A stretch of DNA of 61,143 nucleotides from an uncultured Solibacteraceae bacterium (lineage in GTDB: Bacteria; Acidobacteriota; Holophagae; Holophagales; Holophagaceae): positions 1 through 61,143 of the forward strand of contig CAYWDR010000001.1 in the NCBI GenBank assembly GCA_964457075.1, read 5' to 3'. The position numbers and the translations under genes are program-made. Below the pieces are notes generated by a model. That model was not told the origin of the DNA, searched no databases, and was given only the letters and a program-made list of their open reading frames with translations. Shown here piece after piece: positions 17,629 through 26,675 of the stretch (the first letter of the stretch is position 1; each line of letters starts with the position of its first letter).

Positions 17629-18540
17629 ATGCGATTCCCCCTCCCCCTCCTCCTCCTCGCCTTCGCCGCCTCCCTTCCGGGGGCCGCGCAGGGGCAGGTC
17701 TCGCGGAGCGTGCTGGCCATGGGGACCCTGCTTTCCCTGGAGGTGGACGGTGACCCTTCCGCGGCCGAAGGGGCCCTGGCGGAGGTGGCCGCCTTGGAGC
17801 TCCGTTGTTCGACTTGGAGGCCCGACTCCCTTTGGAGCCGCCTCAATGCCGGAGAAGCCGCGGCCCTTCCAGCGGCGGACCGGGCCCTGCTTCGGCGCGT
17901 GAGGCGCCTCGCCGCGGAGACCGGGGGCTGCTTCGACCCCGTGATGGGGCGGCTCGTGCAGGCCTGGGGCCTTCGCGCGGGCGGACGCGTGCCCTCCGCC
18001 GAAGCCCTCGCCGAGGCCCGGGCCGCCTCCGGCCTGGATCATCTGCAGGAGGGGCCGGATCGCCTCACCGGCGGCGCGTGGATCGAGGAGGGGGGCTTCC
18101 TCAAGGGGCAGGCGCTGGATCTGATGCTTCGGCAGCTGCGGCAGGGGGGTGTGCGATCCGGCCTGCTCGATTTCGGGGGCCAACTGCTGGCGTGGGGTCC
18201 CGCCCGGCCCGTCTCCCTCGCGGATCCTCGGGATCGCAAGCGCCCCCGCCTTGCCTTCGCCCTCCGCGACGCCTCCGTGAGCACCAGCGGCGTTTCCGAG
18301 CGGGGCCGCCACATCCTCGACCCCCGCTCGGGCCGGCCCTGCGAAGCCTGGGGTGCCGTCTCCGTCGTCCACCCCTCCGCCCTCGAGGCGGACATCCTCT
18401 CCACGGCCCTCTACGTGATGGGTCCCGAGCGGGGTCGCGCCTGGGCCGAAGCCCGCGGCCTCGCCGCCGCCTTTCTCTTGAACGACGGGACGGTGCAGCT
18501 CACCGCCCCCTTTCGCGCCCTTCACCCGCGCACCCTCTAG
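17629..18540 (+). CDS. apbE: FAD:protein FMN transferase (ApbE family), secreted/lipoprotein-like
   Basis: 303 aa. Signal peptide MRFPLPLLLLAFAASLPGAAQG. ApbE-like blocks AMGTLLSLEV, FDP..G.L...WG, VSTSG and SVVHPSALEADILSTALYVMG. Confidence 0.85.
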   Translation: MRFPLPLLLLAFAASLPGAAQGQVSRSVLAMGTLLSLEVDGDPSAAEGALAEVAALELRCSTWRPDSLWSRLNAGEAAALPAADRALLRRVRRLAAETGGCFDPVMGRLVQAWGLRAGGRVPSAEALAEARAASGLDHLQEGPDRLTGGAWIEEGGFLKGQALDLMLRQLRQGGVRSGLLDFGGQLLAWGPARPVSLADPRDRKRPRLAFALRDASVSTSGVSERGRHILDPRSGRPCEAWGAVSVVHPSALEADILSTALYVMGPERGRAWAEARGLAAAFLLNDGTVQLTAPFRALHPRTL

Positions 18541-18548
18541 GAGCTTTC

Positions 18549-19856
18549 ATGCGTTCTTTCCGCCTCACCCCCCTCGCCCTGGCCCTGCTGGCCGGCCCCG
18601 CCTTCACTCAAGACGTCCCCGCCGATCAGCGACTCAAGGATCTGGAGCGGAAGGTGGACATCCTTTCCAAGGAGCTGGAATCCCAGAAGACGGGTTCCGT
18701 GGTGCCGGCGGTGGGCGAGAAGGGCGTGATGGGCCTGGCTCCCGCCGCGTCCAAGGTCTACACGGTGAAATCCGGCGTCTCCATCGGCGGCTACGGCGAG
18801 ATGGCCTACGAAAACTACGCGGCCGAGCTGGAAAACGGCACCTACAAGCCGGTGAACAACAAGGTGGATTTCGTGCGCCAGATCCTATACCTCGGCTACA
18901 AGTTCAACGATTGGATCGTGTTCAATTCGGAGATCGAGTGGGAGCACGGCAAGACCGGCGGTGAGCAAACGGTCACCAAGAGCGGCGCCAACGTCACGGA
19001 CGTGAAGGCCAAGAACCCGGGCGAGGTGTCCGTGGAGTTCGCCTACCTGGATCTGCTGTTCACCAAGAGCTTCAATCTGCGGGCCGGCATGATGCTGGTG
19101 CCCATGGGCCTCATCAACGAGCTGCACGAGCCCCCCACCTTCCTGGGCGTGAAGCGGCCCTTCACCGAGCAGCAGATCATCCCCAGCACCTGGCGGGAGA
19201 ACGGCGTGGGCGTCCACGGCGAGGCGGGGATCCTCTCCTACCGCGTCTACCTCCTGAACGGCCTGGACGGCTCCAAGTTCTCCAAGTCGGGCATCCGCGG
19301 CGGGCGCCAAAACGGCTCCGCGGCCGTGGCGGAGAGCCTGGCCCTCACGGGCCGCCTGGACGTGGCCCCCTTCCCCGGCGCCACCTTCGGCGTGAGCTTC
19401 TACAACGGCAACAGCGCCCAGAACGACAACACGGAAGCCATCACCACCCGGATCGTCGAGGGCCATGCCGAGTACCGGTACAAGGGGCTCCAGACCCGCG
19501 GGCTCTACGCCCTCCAGACCAACAGCGAGGCGGGCCTGAACGCCGCCAGCGCCACCATCAAGGCCCTGGGCAAGCGCCAGTTCGGCGGCTATCTGGAGGC
19601 GGGATTCGATGTCCTCTCCCTCACGGAATCCAAGCACGCCCTCATCCCCTTCGTGCGCTACGAGCGGCTGAACACGCAGCAGGACGTGGTCTCCGGCGTG
19701 GTGGCGGACCAGAGTCTGGACCAGACCCTCAAGACCTTCGGCCTCGTATACAAGCCCATCCCCCAGGTGGCCTTCAAGGCGGATCTCCAAAAGGGTTCCA
19801 ACGGCGCCAAGACCGGCCGCGACCAGTTCAACCTCGGCGTGAGCTACTACTTCTGA
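18549..19856 (+). CDS. Outer-membrane porin-like beta-barrel with N-terminal coiled coil (paralog 1)
   Basis: 435 aa from ATG 18549. Signal peptide, then a coiled coil (RLKDLERKVDILSKELESQK), then a long beta-rich region ending ...NLGVSYYF. Confidence 0.7.
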   Translation: MRSFRLTPLALALLAGPAFTQDVPADQRLKDLERKVDILSKELESQKTGSVVPAVGEKGVMGLAPAASKVYTVKSGVSIGGYGEMAYENYAAELENGTYKPVNNKVDFVRQILYLGYKFNDWIVFNSEIEWEHGKTGGEQTVTKSGANVTDVKAKNPGEVSVEFAYLDLLFTKSFNLRAGMMLVPMGLINELHEPPTFLGVKRPFTEQQIIPSTWRENGVGVHGEAGILSYRVYLLNGLDGSKFSKSGIRGGRQNGSAAVAESLALTGRLDVAPFPGATFGVSFYNGNSAQNDNTEAITTRIVEGHAEYRYKGLQTRGLYALQTNSEAGLNAASATIKALGKRQFGGYLEAGFDVLSLTESKHALIPFVRYERLNTQQDVVSGVVADQSLDQTLKTFGLVYKPIPQVAFKADLQKGSNGAKTGRDQFNLGVSYYF

Positions 19857-19869
19857 TCGGGGCGAATCC

Positions 19870-21120
19870 ATGAAATCCATGATGATCCTTCCCCTCCTCG
19901 CCCTCGGCCTCGCCGCCCAGGAGCACCCCGATGTGGCGAAGCTCCGGGCCGAGTTCGAGCGGAAGCTCGCCGTCCTCACCCAGGAGCTGGAGGCCCAGAA
20001 GACGGGCGGCACGGCCCCCGCCGCGGCCCAGGGCCAGTTTGGCCTCGGCTCCGCCGCCTCCAAGGTCTACGAGTCCAAGGGCGGCCTTTCCATCGGCGGC
20101 TACGGCGAAGTGCTCTACCAGGCCAAGGAGAACAAGGACCAGGTCGGCAACCCCGGCGGCGGGGAGAAGAACCTCGACGCCCTGCGCCTCGTCCTCTACA
20201 CGGGCTACAAGTTCAGCGACAAGGTGGTGTTCAACTCCGAGGTGGAGTTCGAGCACGGCGGCTACAGCGATGAGAATCCCGAAGGGGAGGTGATCGTCGA
20301 ATTCGCCTACCTGGACTTCCTTCTCTCCAAGGGCTTCAACATTCGCGCGGGCCAGATGCTCGTGCCCATGGGCTTCATCAACGAGCTGCACGAGCCCCCG
20401 GCCTTCCTGGGCTCCCGCCGGCCCATGGTGGAGCGGAGCATCCTCCCCACCACCTGGCACGAGAACGGCGCCGGCATCCGCGGCGAGCTGCCGGGCAACC
20501 TGAGCTACCGCCTCTACCTCATGAACGGCCTCAATGGCGCCAAATTCAGCGCCGAAGGGATCCGGGACGGGCGCCAGGCCGGCAAGGAGGCCAACGCGCA
20601 AAGCCTGGCCTGGACGGGCCGCTTGGATTGGAACGGCCTGCCCGGCCTCCTCGTGGGCGGATCCTTCTTCACGGGCAATAGCAACCAGACGGGCGGCGGC
20701 GCGGCCCTCCGCACCACCATGGTGGATTTCCACGGCGAGTACCGGGCCAAGGGCCTCCAGCTGCGCGGCCTCTACGCCCTCACCACCAACTCCAAGCCCT
20801 GGCTGGAATCCCTGGGCAACGCCGATCCCGCGCGCGAGACGGGCACCCGCCAGTGGGGCGGATATCTGGAGGCGGGCTACGACGTGTTGGGCGGCCGGCA
20901 GGCCCTCATCCCCTTCGTCCGCTGGGAGCGCTTCAATACCCAGGCGGAGGTGATCGACGGCGCCGTGGCCGACCCCTCCCACGATTGGAAGGTGGTCACC
21001 GCCGGTGTGAACTTCAAGCCCATCCCCCAGGTGGCCGTGAAGGCCGACTACCAGAAGCTGGAGAACGGCGGCCGCACGGGCCGCAACCAGTGGAACCTGG
21101 CCCTCGGCTTCTACTTCTGA
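19870..21120 (+). CDS. Outer-membrane porin-like beta-barrel with N-terminal coiled coil (paralog 2)
   Basis: 416 aa. It is colinear with paralog 1 and clearly homologous, for example EFAYLDFLLSKGFNIRAGQMLVPMGFINELHEPPAFLG. It ends ...NLALGFYF. Confidence 0.7.
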   Translation: MKSMMILPLLALGLAAQEHPDVAKLRAEFERKLAVLTQELEAQKTGGTAPAAAQGQFGLGSAASKVYESKGGLSIGGYGEVLYQAKENKDQVGNPGGGEKNLDALRLVLYTGYKFSDKVVFNSEVEFEHGGYSDENPEGEVIVEFAYLDFLLSKGFNIRAGQMLVPMGFINELHEPPAFLGSRRPMVERSILPTTWHENGAGIRGELPGNLSYRLYLMNGLNGAKFSAEGIRDGRQAGKEANAQSLAWTGRLDWNGLPGLLVGGSFFTGNSNQTGGGAALRTTMVDFHGEYRAKGLQLRGLYALTTNSKPWLESLGNADPARETGTRQWGGYLEAGYDVLGGRQALIPFVRWERFNTQAEVIDGAVADPSHDWKVVTAGVNFKPIPQVAVKADYQKLENGGRTGRNQWNLALGFYF

Positions 21121-21127
21121 GGCGGCC

Positions 21128-22564
21128 ATGAAGCGCCTCCTCATCCTCCCGGCCCTCCTCGGGCTGCTCGCCTGCGGCGGGGGAGACAGCTCCCCCCGCC
21201 AGGGCTTCGACCGCCCCATGCCCGTGCCCCCCATCCTCGCGCCCACCGCCGGCACGGGCGGCGCCGACCGCTACGAACTGGTGGCCCAGGCCGGCACCAC
21301 GGAGCTGCTGGCCGGCAAGCCCACCCCGACCTACGGCTACAACGGCGCCATCCTCGGCCCCACCCTGCGCATGCGGCGGGGCCGGCCCGTGGAGCTGGCC
21401 ATCACCAACCAGCTTCCGGATTCGGATCACGCCGAAACGAACCTCCATCCCCACGGCCTCAAGGTGCCCGGCAACGCGGATATCTTCCCGGGTCTGGAGG
21501 GCATGGGCCTGATGCCGGGCGAGCGCGCCGCCGTGACCTTCACGCCGGATCAGGCGGCGGGCACCTTCTGGTACCACCCCCACCCCCACGGCGTCACGGG
21601 GCGCCAGGTGAACTTCGGCCTGGCCGGCTACCTCCTGATGGACGATGCCGTCTCCGACGCCCTGCCCATCCCCAAGACCTACGGCGTAGATGACTTCCCC
21701 GTCGTGTTCATGGACCGCCACCTCCGGGAGGACGGCAGCCTGGCCTACATGGAGGTGATGGGCGACCGCGACTTCATGCTGGGCAACCACGTGCTCGTGA
21801 ACGGCCTGCACATGCCCTACCTGGAGCTGCCCGCCGGCACCGTGCGGCTGCGCCTCCTCAACGGCAGCAGCACGCGCCGCATCCTCCTCGCCTTCGAGGA
21901 CGGGCGCACCTTCCACCAGATCGCCAGCGACGGCGGCTTCCTGGAGGCCCCCGTGGCCCACACCCACCTCCTGCTCGGCCCCGCCGAGCGGGCGGAAATC
22001 CTCGTGGATCTCTCCGGGGATCGGGGCCGCTCCCTGATGCTGCGCAGCCTGCCCTTCGCCGCGGCGGAGGAGGAGGCGGAAGCGGGCCAGGGCAAGACGG
22101 ACATCCCCCTCCTACAGCTCCGCGTGACCCGGCCCGGCACCCGCCTAGCCCTGCCCGGGAGCCTCACCACCGTGCCCCGCATCCCCGAATCCGAGGCCAC
22201 GGCCCACCGCTTCCTCGGCATCGAGGACACGGGGGATGGCGTCATCAACGGCCAGCTCTTCGACATCAACCGCGTGGACTTCACCATGGCCGAAGGGGCC
22301 ACGGAGCTGTGGACCGTGAAGAACTTCGCGGACGTGATCGCCCACCCCCTCCACATCCACGGCGTCCAGTTCCAGATCCTGGACCGCGACGGCGCCCCTC
22401 CTCCCCCGGAGGAAGCGGGGTGGAAGGATACGGTCCTCGTGAATGCCCTGGAGACGGTGCGCGTCATCATGCGCTTCAGGGACCTCTCGGGCCGCTACGT
22501 CTTCCACTGCCATATCCTCGAACACGAGGGGATCGGGATGATGGGACAATTCGAAGTGCAATGA
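21128..22564 (+). CDS. Multicopper oxidase, lipoprotein (CueO/CopA-like three-domain type)
   Basis: Lipobox LLGLLAC-GGG. Copper ligand motifs HPHG, WYHPHPHG, HPLHIHG and HCHILEHEGIGMM. Confidence 0.88.
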   Translation: MKRLLILPALLGLLACGGGDSSPRQGFDRPMPVPPILAPTAGTGGADRYELVAQAGTTELLAGKPTPTYGYNGAILGPTLRMRRGRPVELAITNQLPDSDHAETNLHPHGLKVPGNADIFPGLEGMGLMPGERAAVTFTPDQAAGTFWYHPHPHGVTGRQVNFGLAGYLLMDDAVSDALPIPKTYGVDDFPVVFMDRHLREDGSLAYMEVMGDRDFMLGNHVLVNGLHMPYLELPAGTVRLRLLNGSSTRRILLAFEDGRTFHQIASDGGFLEAPVAHTHLLLGPAERAEILVDLSGDRGRSLMLRSLPFAAAEEEAEAGQGKTDIPLLQLRVTRPGTRLALPGSLTTVPRIPESEATAHRFLGIEDTGDGVINGQLFDINRVDFTMAEGATELWTVKNFADVIAHPLHIHGVQFQILDRDGAPPPPEEAGWKDTVLVNALETVRVIMRFRDLSGRYVFHCHILEHEGIGMMGQFEVQ

Positions 22565-23097
22565 GATTCCGTCTTCCAGCTCTCCTGATCGCGGCGCCCC
22601 TCCTGGGCGCCGCCCCCCTGTTCGCGGGCCTGCCCTCCCAAGCGGAGGCCCTGAGCCTCGCCTTCCCCGGCGCCGCCTTCACCCGCAAGGAGCACTTCCT
22701 CACGGAGGCCCAGTCCAAGGCGGCCCAGACCCTGGCCGGCACGCCCCTCTCGGGCCTGTGGCAGGTGGCCTACGAGGCCCGCAAGGAGGGCCGGCTCGTG
22801 GGCGTCGCCTTCTTCGACACCCATCGCGTGCGCACCCTCAACGAGACGGCCATGGTGGCCGTGGACGCCGGGGGCCGCATCCTCCGGGTGGAGGTGGTGG
22901 TCTTCCGGGAGCCCCCTGATTACATCGCCCGCGACGCCTGGGTGCGCCAGTTCGATGGCAAGGCCCTGGATCCCCAGCTCAGCCTCAAGGGCTCGATCCG
23001 GCCCCTCTCCGGCTGCACCCTGACGGCCTTCGCCCTCACGGACGCCTCGCGCCGGGGCCTGGCTCTCTTTCAGGTGCTATACGGGGGCAAGGGGTGA
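22561..23097 (+). CDS. Secreted FMN-binding domain protein (predicted ApbE flavinylation substrate)
   Basis: ATGA overlap with the oxidase stop codon, and a signal peptide. The FMN_bind-like core ends in LSGCTLT (23008-23025). This matches the SGAT-x-[ST] flavinylation motif of NqrC/RnfG with Ala replaced by Cys. Confidence 0.7.
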   Translation: MRFRLPALLIAAPLLGAAPLFAGLPSQAEALSLAFPGAAFTRKEHFLTEAQSKAAQTLAGTPLSGLWQVAYEARKEGRLVGVAFFDTHRVRTLNETAMVAVDAGGRILRVEVVVFREPPDYIARDAWVRQFDGKALDPQLSLKGSIRPLSGCTLTAFALTDASRRGLALFQVLYGGKG

Positions 23098-23101
23098 GGC
23101 C

Positions 23102-23566
23102 ATGATCCGCTTCGAGCGGTGGGCCCTCCATGGGGGCGCCTGGATCACGGGGGCCACAGGCCTCGGCTACGGCTGGCTTCGCTACTTCAAGGTCGTGCAG
23201 GGCGAGTTCGGCCCCGAGCCCCATCCCCTCCAGGGTCTCCTCCAGCACGCCCACGTCCTCGCCGCGCCCCTCCTGCTCTTCGCGCTCGGCATGATGGTGC
23301 GGGGCCACCTGGCCTTCAAGCTCCGGATCGCCGCGCCGGAGGGCCGCCGGACGGGGTGGGGTCTGGCCCTCCTCATCGCCCCCATGGTGGTCTCCGGCTA
23401 CGCCGTGCAGGTGGCCACGGCCCCCGCCTGGCGCACGGCCCTGGCCTGGATCCACGGCGTATCCAGCCTCCTCTTCCTAATCGCTTACCTCTGCCACGGC
23501 CTTCGCTTCGGCCTCGCGCGCCGCCCCGAGCCCGCGGGCAACGGGGATGCGGCGGACTGGGAGTAG
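23102..23566 (+). CDS. His-rich four-TM membrane protein (cytochrome b-like/DUF4405-like, tentative)
   Basis: 154 aa with four hydrophobic helices. His residues lie at or near the helices (WALHGG, LQHAHVL, VRGHL, WIHGV, LCHGL). Confidence 0.5.
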   Translation: MIRFERWALHGGAWITGATGLGYGWLRYFKVVQGEFGPEPHPLQGLLQHAHVLAAPLLLFALGMMVRGHLAFKLRIAAPEGRRTGWGLALLIAPMVVSGYAVQVATAPAWRTALAWIHGVSSLLFLIAYLCHGLRFGLARRPEPAGNGDAADWE

Positions 23567-23573
23567 TAGATCC

Positions 23574-24002
23574 TTAGGCCCGAAGGCTTCCCAGGGTTAG
23601 CCTCAGTGTGGGTCCCAGGGGGCCGGCCTCGAGGCGGCTCCCTGGAGGCGCGGGTTCCTCCCGGCCCAAGGAAAGGAGGGCCCCGTGCTCTTCCACCATG
23701 TGATGGAGAAGCCGCTGGCCCAGGGGCGGGGGGATGGCCCCTTCGAGGATGTCGAGGAGCATGCGGCTGTGGTCGCGTACGAGGCGGAGTTCCGGCGGCG
23801 GGGCCTCCGGATTCGCTTCCAAGAGGAGGGCCTCCAGGCGCTGGGCGTTGATGCGCTCCTCCTCGGCGATGTGGGCGAGAAGGCGCTCCTTGGCCGGCTC
23901 TGTCACGCCGCTTTGGCCCGAAAGGAGCTCCATCACCACTTCGAGGTGTTCGCGTACGTTATGGGCCAGCGTGCCAGCCATGGGGTTCGGGCTCGGTTCC
24001 AT
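23574..24002 (-). CDS. Hemerythrin-like (HHE-type) four-helix protein with C-terminal encapsulin targeting peptide
   Basis: 142 aa starting 2 nt after the encapsulin stop. Helices carry AHNVREHLEVV, LAHIAEEERI, VRDHSRMLLDIL and LLHHMVEEHG. A Pro/Gly linker leads to the C-terminal TLRLTLGSLRA. Confidence 0.7.
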   Translation of the reverse strand: MEPSPNPMAGTLAHNVREHLEVVMELLSGQSGVTEPAKERLLAHIAEEERINAQRLEALLLEANPEAPPPELRLVRDHSRMLLDILEGAIPPPLGQRLLHHMVEEHGALLSLGREEPAPPGSRLEAGPLGPTLRLTLGSLRA

Positions 24003-24004
24003 GG

Positions 24005-24847
24005 TCAGGCGTCCAGGGTGCAGATGGCCGTGGGGCGCTTGATGCGCAACACGAGGCTTTCGTAGATGCGGAAGCGGTAGTTCATGTTCTCGGGCCCGAG
24101 GTAGGCCACGCTCAGATCCTCGGCGATGGCGAGGTCGAAGTTCTCAGGGCCGCTGGAGACGACGGCCGCCTGGCCGGGCTCCAGGGCCTGGGACTGGAAC
24201 ACGCCGTCCTCGCAAAGTTTCGCGATGGAATCGATCTCGATGAGGGGCATGTCCTTGTCGGTCTTGAGGAGGCTGGCGTAGAGCTGGGGCGAGAGCACGA
24301 GGGCGTAGGGGCGGTGGTGGTTGGCCGCTAGGAGGGCCTGGGTGGCCTCCCGCACGTTCACGAAGGGCTTGCCGAACTGGTTCCAATCCAGGAGGGGGAT
24401 GCGCAGGCGCTTCCCCGCGTTCAGCAGGCCCTCGATGCCCAGCTCCGCGTGGCCGTTGTAGATCAGTTCCTCCTCCCGATGGGATAGGAAGTGGGCCGCC
24501 CGCACGGCGCGGCTCACGTCCAAGGGGGCGCCGAGGGACTGGCTCAGCTCTACGTCCCGCCAGTGGAAGACGAAATCCTTGTAGACGAGGGGAATGCGCT
24601 TGTAGACCTCGGAATCCGCCTGGATCATCCGGGCGTCCCGCCCCCCTTCGAGATCCACCTCCGCCATGGCGTCGTCCCCGTAGGTCTCGTAGGAAACGGT
24701 CTCCAGTCCGGCCCCGATGGGGCCGTAGACGTCGATGAAGCGCCGCGCCGTGAGGTTGCGGCGCATTTCCTTGAGGATCTCCGATTCGAGGCGGATGCGC
24801 TGGGCCTCGTCGAGGGGGTAGTCGACGTTGCGTTGGTAGCTCTTCAT
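24005..24847 (-). CDS. Family 1 encapsulin shell protein (linocin M18-like, HK97 fold)
   Basis: 280 aa. The N-terminus LDEAQRIRLESEILKEMRRNLTARRFIDVYGPIGAGLETVSYE is typical of encapsulin. GGAGG lies 5 nt upstream of the ATG. Confidence 0.85.
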   Translation of the reverse strand: MKSYQRNVDYPLDEAQRIRLESEILKEMRRNLTARRFIDVYGPIGAGLETVSYETYGDDAMAEVDLEGGRDARMIQADSEVYKRIPLVYKDFVFHWRDVELSQSLGAPLDVSRAVRAAHFLSHREEELIYNGHAELGIEGLLNAGKRLRIPLLDWNQFGKPFVNVREATQALLAANHHRPYALVLSPQLYASLLKTDKDMPLIEIDSIAKLCEDGVFQSQALEPGQAAVVSSGPENFDLAIAEDLSVAYLGPENMNYRFRIYESLVLRIKRPTAICTLDA

Positions 24848-24934
24848 GGGGCCTCCGGAGGGTGGATCGCTGTTCGGAAAGGCGGCACGGGGGGATGAAT
24901 TCCGGAGGGATCGGTACGGAATATATTTCCGGTG

Positions 24935-26590
24935 TCAGGGCTGCCCCGCCACCGGGGCGGAGGGCCCCTCGGGACGGCCGAGCCCGGCCCGCACCTGCTC
25001 CTCGAACCAGGCGGCGAAGAGGGGATGGGGGGCGAAGCCCTCGCCCAGCTCGTAGTTCAGGCCGTCGAGGAAGGTGCGTTCGAAGCCCTGGCCCAGGGTG
25101 CGGGCGGGGACGACGAGGGCGCGCCCGCCCTTGAGGCCGGCCTCCCGGATCTCGGCCCGCAGCTTGGCGAGGGCGGGCTTGCGCTGCTCGGGCCAGTCCT
25201 CCCGCCAGGTGCCCGTGCGGATGGCCTTGAAGGGGGCGCCGTTTGCCTTCATGCGCGCGGCGAGGGAGGCGAGGATGCTCTCCCAATGGGCGTTGAGGCG
25301 GTCGTCGCCGCTGCCGTGGGCCACGAGGAAGAGGGTCTCCTTGGCGGGATCCTTGGAGAGGGCCTGGGCCCGGTCCAGGAGGGCCTGGGCGAAGAGGGGG
25401 TGGTCCTCCAATCCGCCGGCGGTGCGGAGATCCACCGCGCTGCGCAGGCGGGGCGCGGGCTGGGCGGGGCCGTGATGGCCGTGGTGCCCGCCGCCGCCCT
25501 GGGCCTTGGGGAGGCCCCCCCGCTCCACGTCGAAGCCGATCATGCGCTCCACGTCGGCGCGGAAGCTGGCCTCCATGCCGAAGACCCGCACGATGACGAT
25601 GGTCTTGGCGCCGCGCTGCTCCAGGCGCTTCACGGCGCGGGCCACCACCGGGGGATCGGCCATGCAGAGGGCGGGCTCCAGGAGGTAGCGCCCCTTCAGG
25701 GACTCCACCGCCGCCACCATGGTCTCGTTCCAATGGTGGTCGGAGCCGTGGGCGAGCAGGACTACGCCCACTTCGCCGGGGGCGGGGGCGAGGCGGCGCT
25801 GGGCCTCGCGGCCCATCCACTGGGCCAGGGCCGGGTGCCCGGCGGGATCCTCGGGGCGCAGGTCGGCGCCGTGGGGGGCGGCGCCCCGCACCATGGGCTC
25901 GAAGCCCATCATGCCGTCCAGCTTCTTTCCGAGGTGGAAGGGCACGATGAGGGGCTGCTCGGCGCCCTCGGCGGCGGCCTCCAGGGCCTTCGCGAGGCCG
26001 GCCTCCCCTTCCACCACCACCTTCACGGATTCGAAGCCCAGACCCTCGGAGGCCCAGGCGCCGATGCGGGCCAGATCGGCGGCGTGGGCCGCGCGGGCCT
26101 CGGAGCCTTCGGGGGCCTCCCCCACGAGCACGAGGCGGCGGCCGGCCCCGTCGGGCACGGCGCGAAGGCGATCCGCCAGGGCCTCCACGGCCAGGGCGCT
26201 TTCCCCGAAGGGGCGGGCCCACTGGAGGGCCTCGGGCCGCTTGGCCAGCAGCCCCTTGGCCAGGGCCAGGGCCGGGTCCGCGCCGGAGAGGAAGCAGGGC
26301 AGCACCACCGTGCGCCGGGCCCCGGCCTGGGCCAGGCGGCGGAGGGCGGCGTCCAGGGTGGCGCCGGTGCGGGCGTCCGTGACGAAGGCGAGGGTGGCGT
26401 TGCGGCCCGCGGCGAAGGCCTCGAAGGCGTCGCGGAGGGCCTCGTTGCCGAGGAAGCCCCGATCCTTGGCGAGGACGAGGAAGCCCGTCTCCGCGGCGCG
26501 GGGGGCCTGGGCCGTGGCGGCCTGGGCGGAGAGGAGCAGGGGTGGGGACCCGGCCGCGAGGAGGGCGGTGAGGAGGAGGGGGCGGATCAT
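24935..26590 (-). CDS. Secreted tandem CbiX-like (class II chelatase fold) protein
   Basis: Signal peptide MIRPLLLTALLAAGSPPLLLSAQA. Four alpha/beta units are present, two of them with CbiX-type VVLLAHGSDHHWNE and LFLVAHGSGDDRLNAHWE strands. Confidence 0.6.
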   Translation of the reverse strand: MIRPLLLTALLAAGSPPLLLSAQAATAQAPRAAETGFLVLAKDRGFLGNEALRDAFEAFAAGRNATLAFVTDARTGATLDAALRRLAQAGARRTVVLPCFLSGADPALALAKGLLAKRPEALQWARPFGESALAVEALADRLRAVPDGAGRRLVLVGEAPEGSEARAAHAADLARIGAWASEGLGFESVKVVVEGEAGLAKALEAAAEGAEQPLIVPFHLGKKLDGMMGFEPMVRGAAPHGADLRPEDPAGHPALAQWMGREAQRRLAPAPGEVGVVLLAHGSDHHWNETMVAAVESLKGRYLLEPALCMADPPVVARAVKRLEQRGAKTIVIVRVFGMEASFRADVERMIGFDVERGGLPKAQGGGGHHGHHGPAQPAPRLRSAVDLRTAGGLEDHPLFAQALLDRAQALSKDPAKETLFLVAHGSGDDRLNAHWESILASLAARMKANGAPFKAIRTGTWREDWPEQRKPALAKLRAEIREAGLKGGRALVVPARTLGQGFERTFLDGLNYELGEGFAPHPLFAAWFEEQVRAGLGRPEGPSAPVAGQP

Positions 26591-26675
26591 GGGGGCTCCA
26601 GAGGGAAGGTTCATTTCCAGGGGTGGTGGGGCCGAGGGTCCACGTGCGGCCGGGTTGGGCTAAGCCTTGCCAGGC

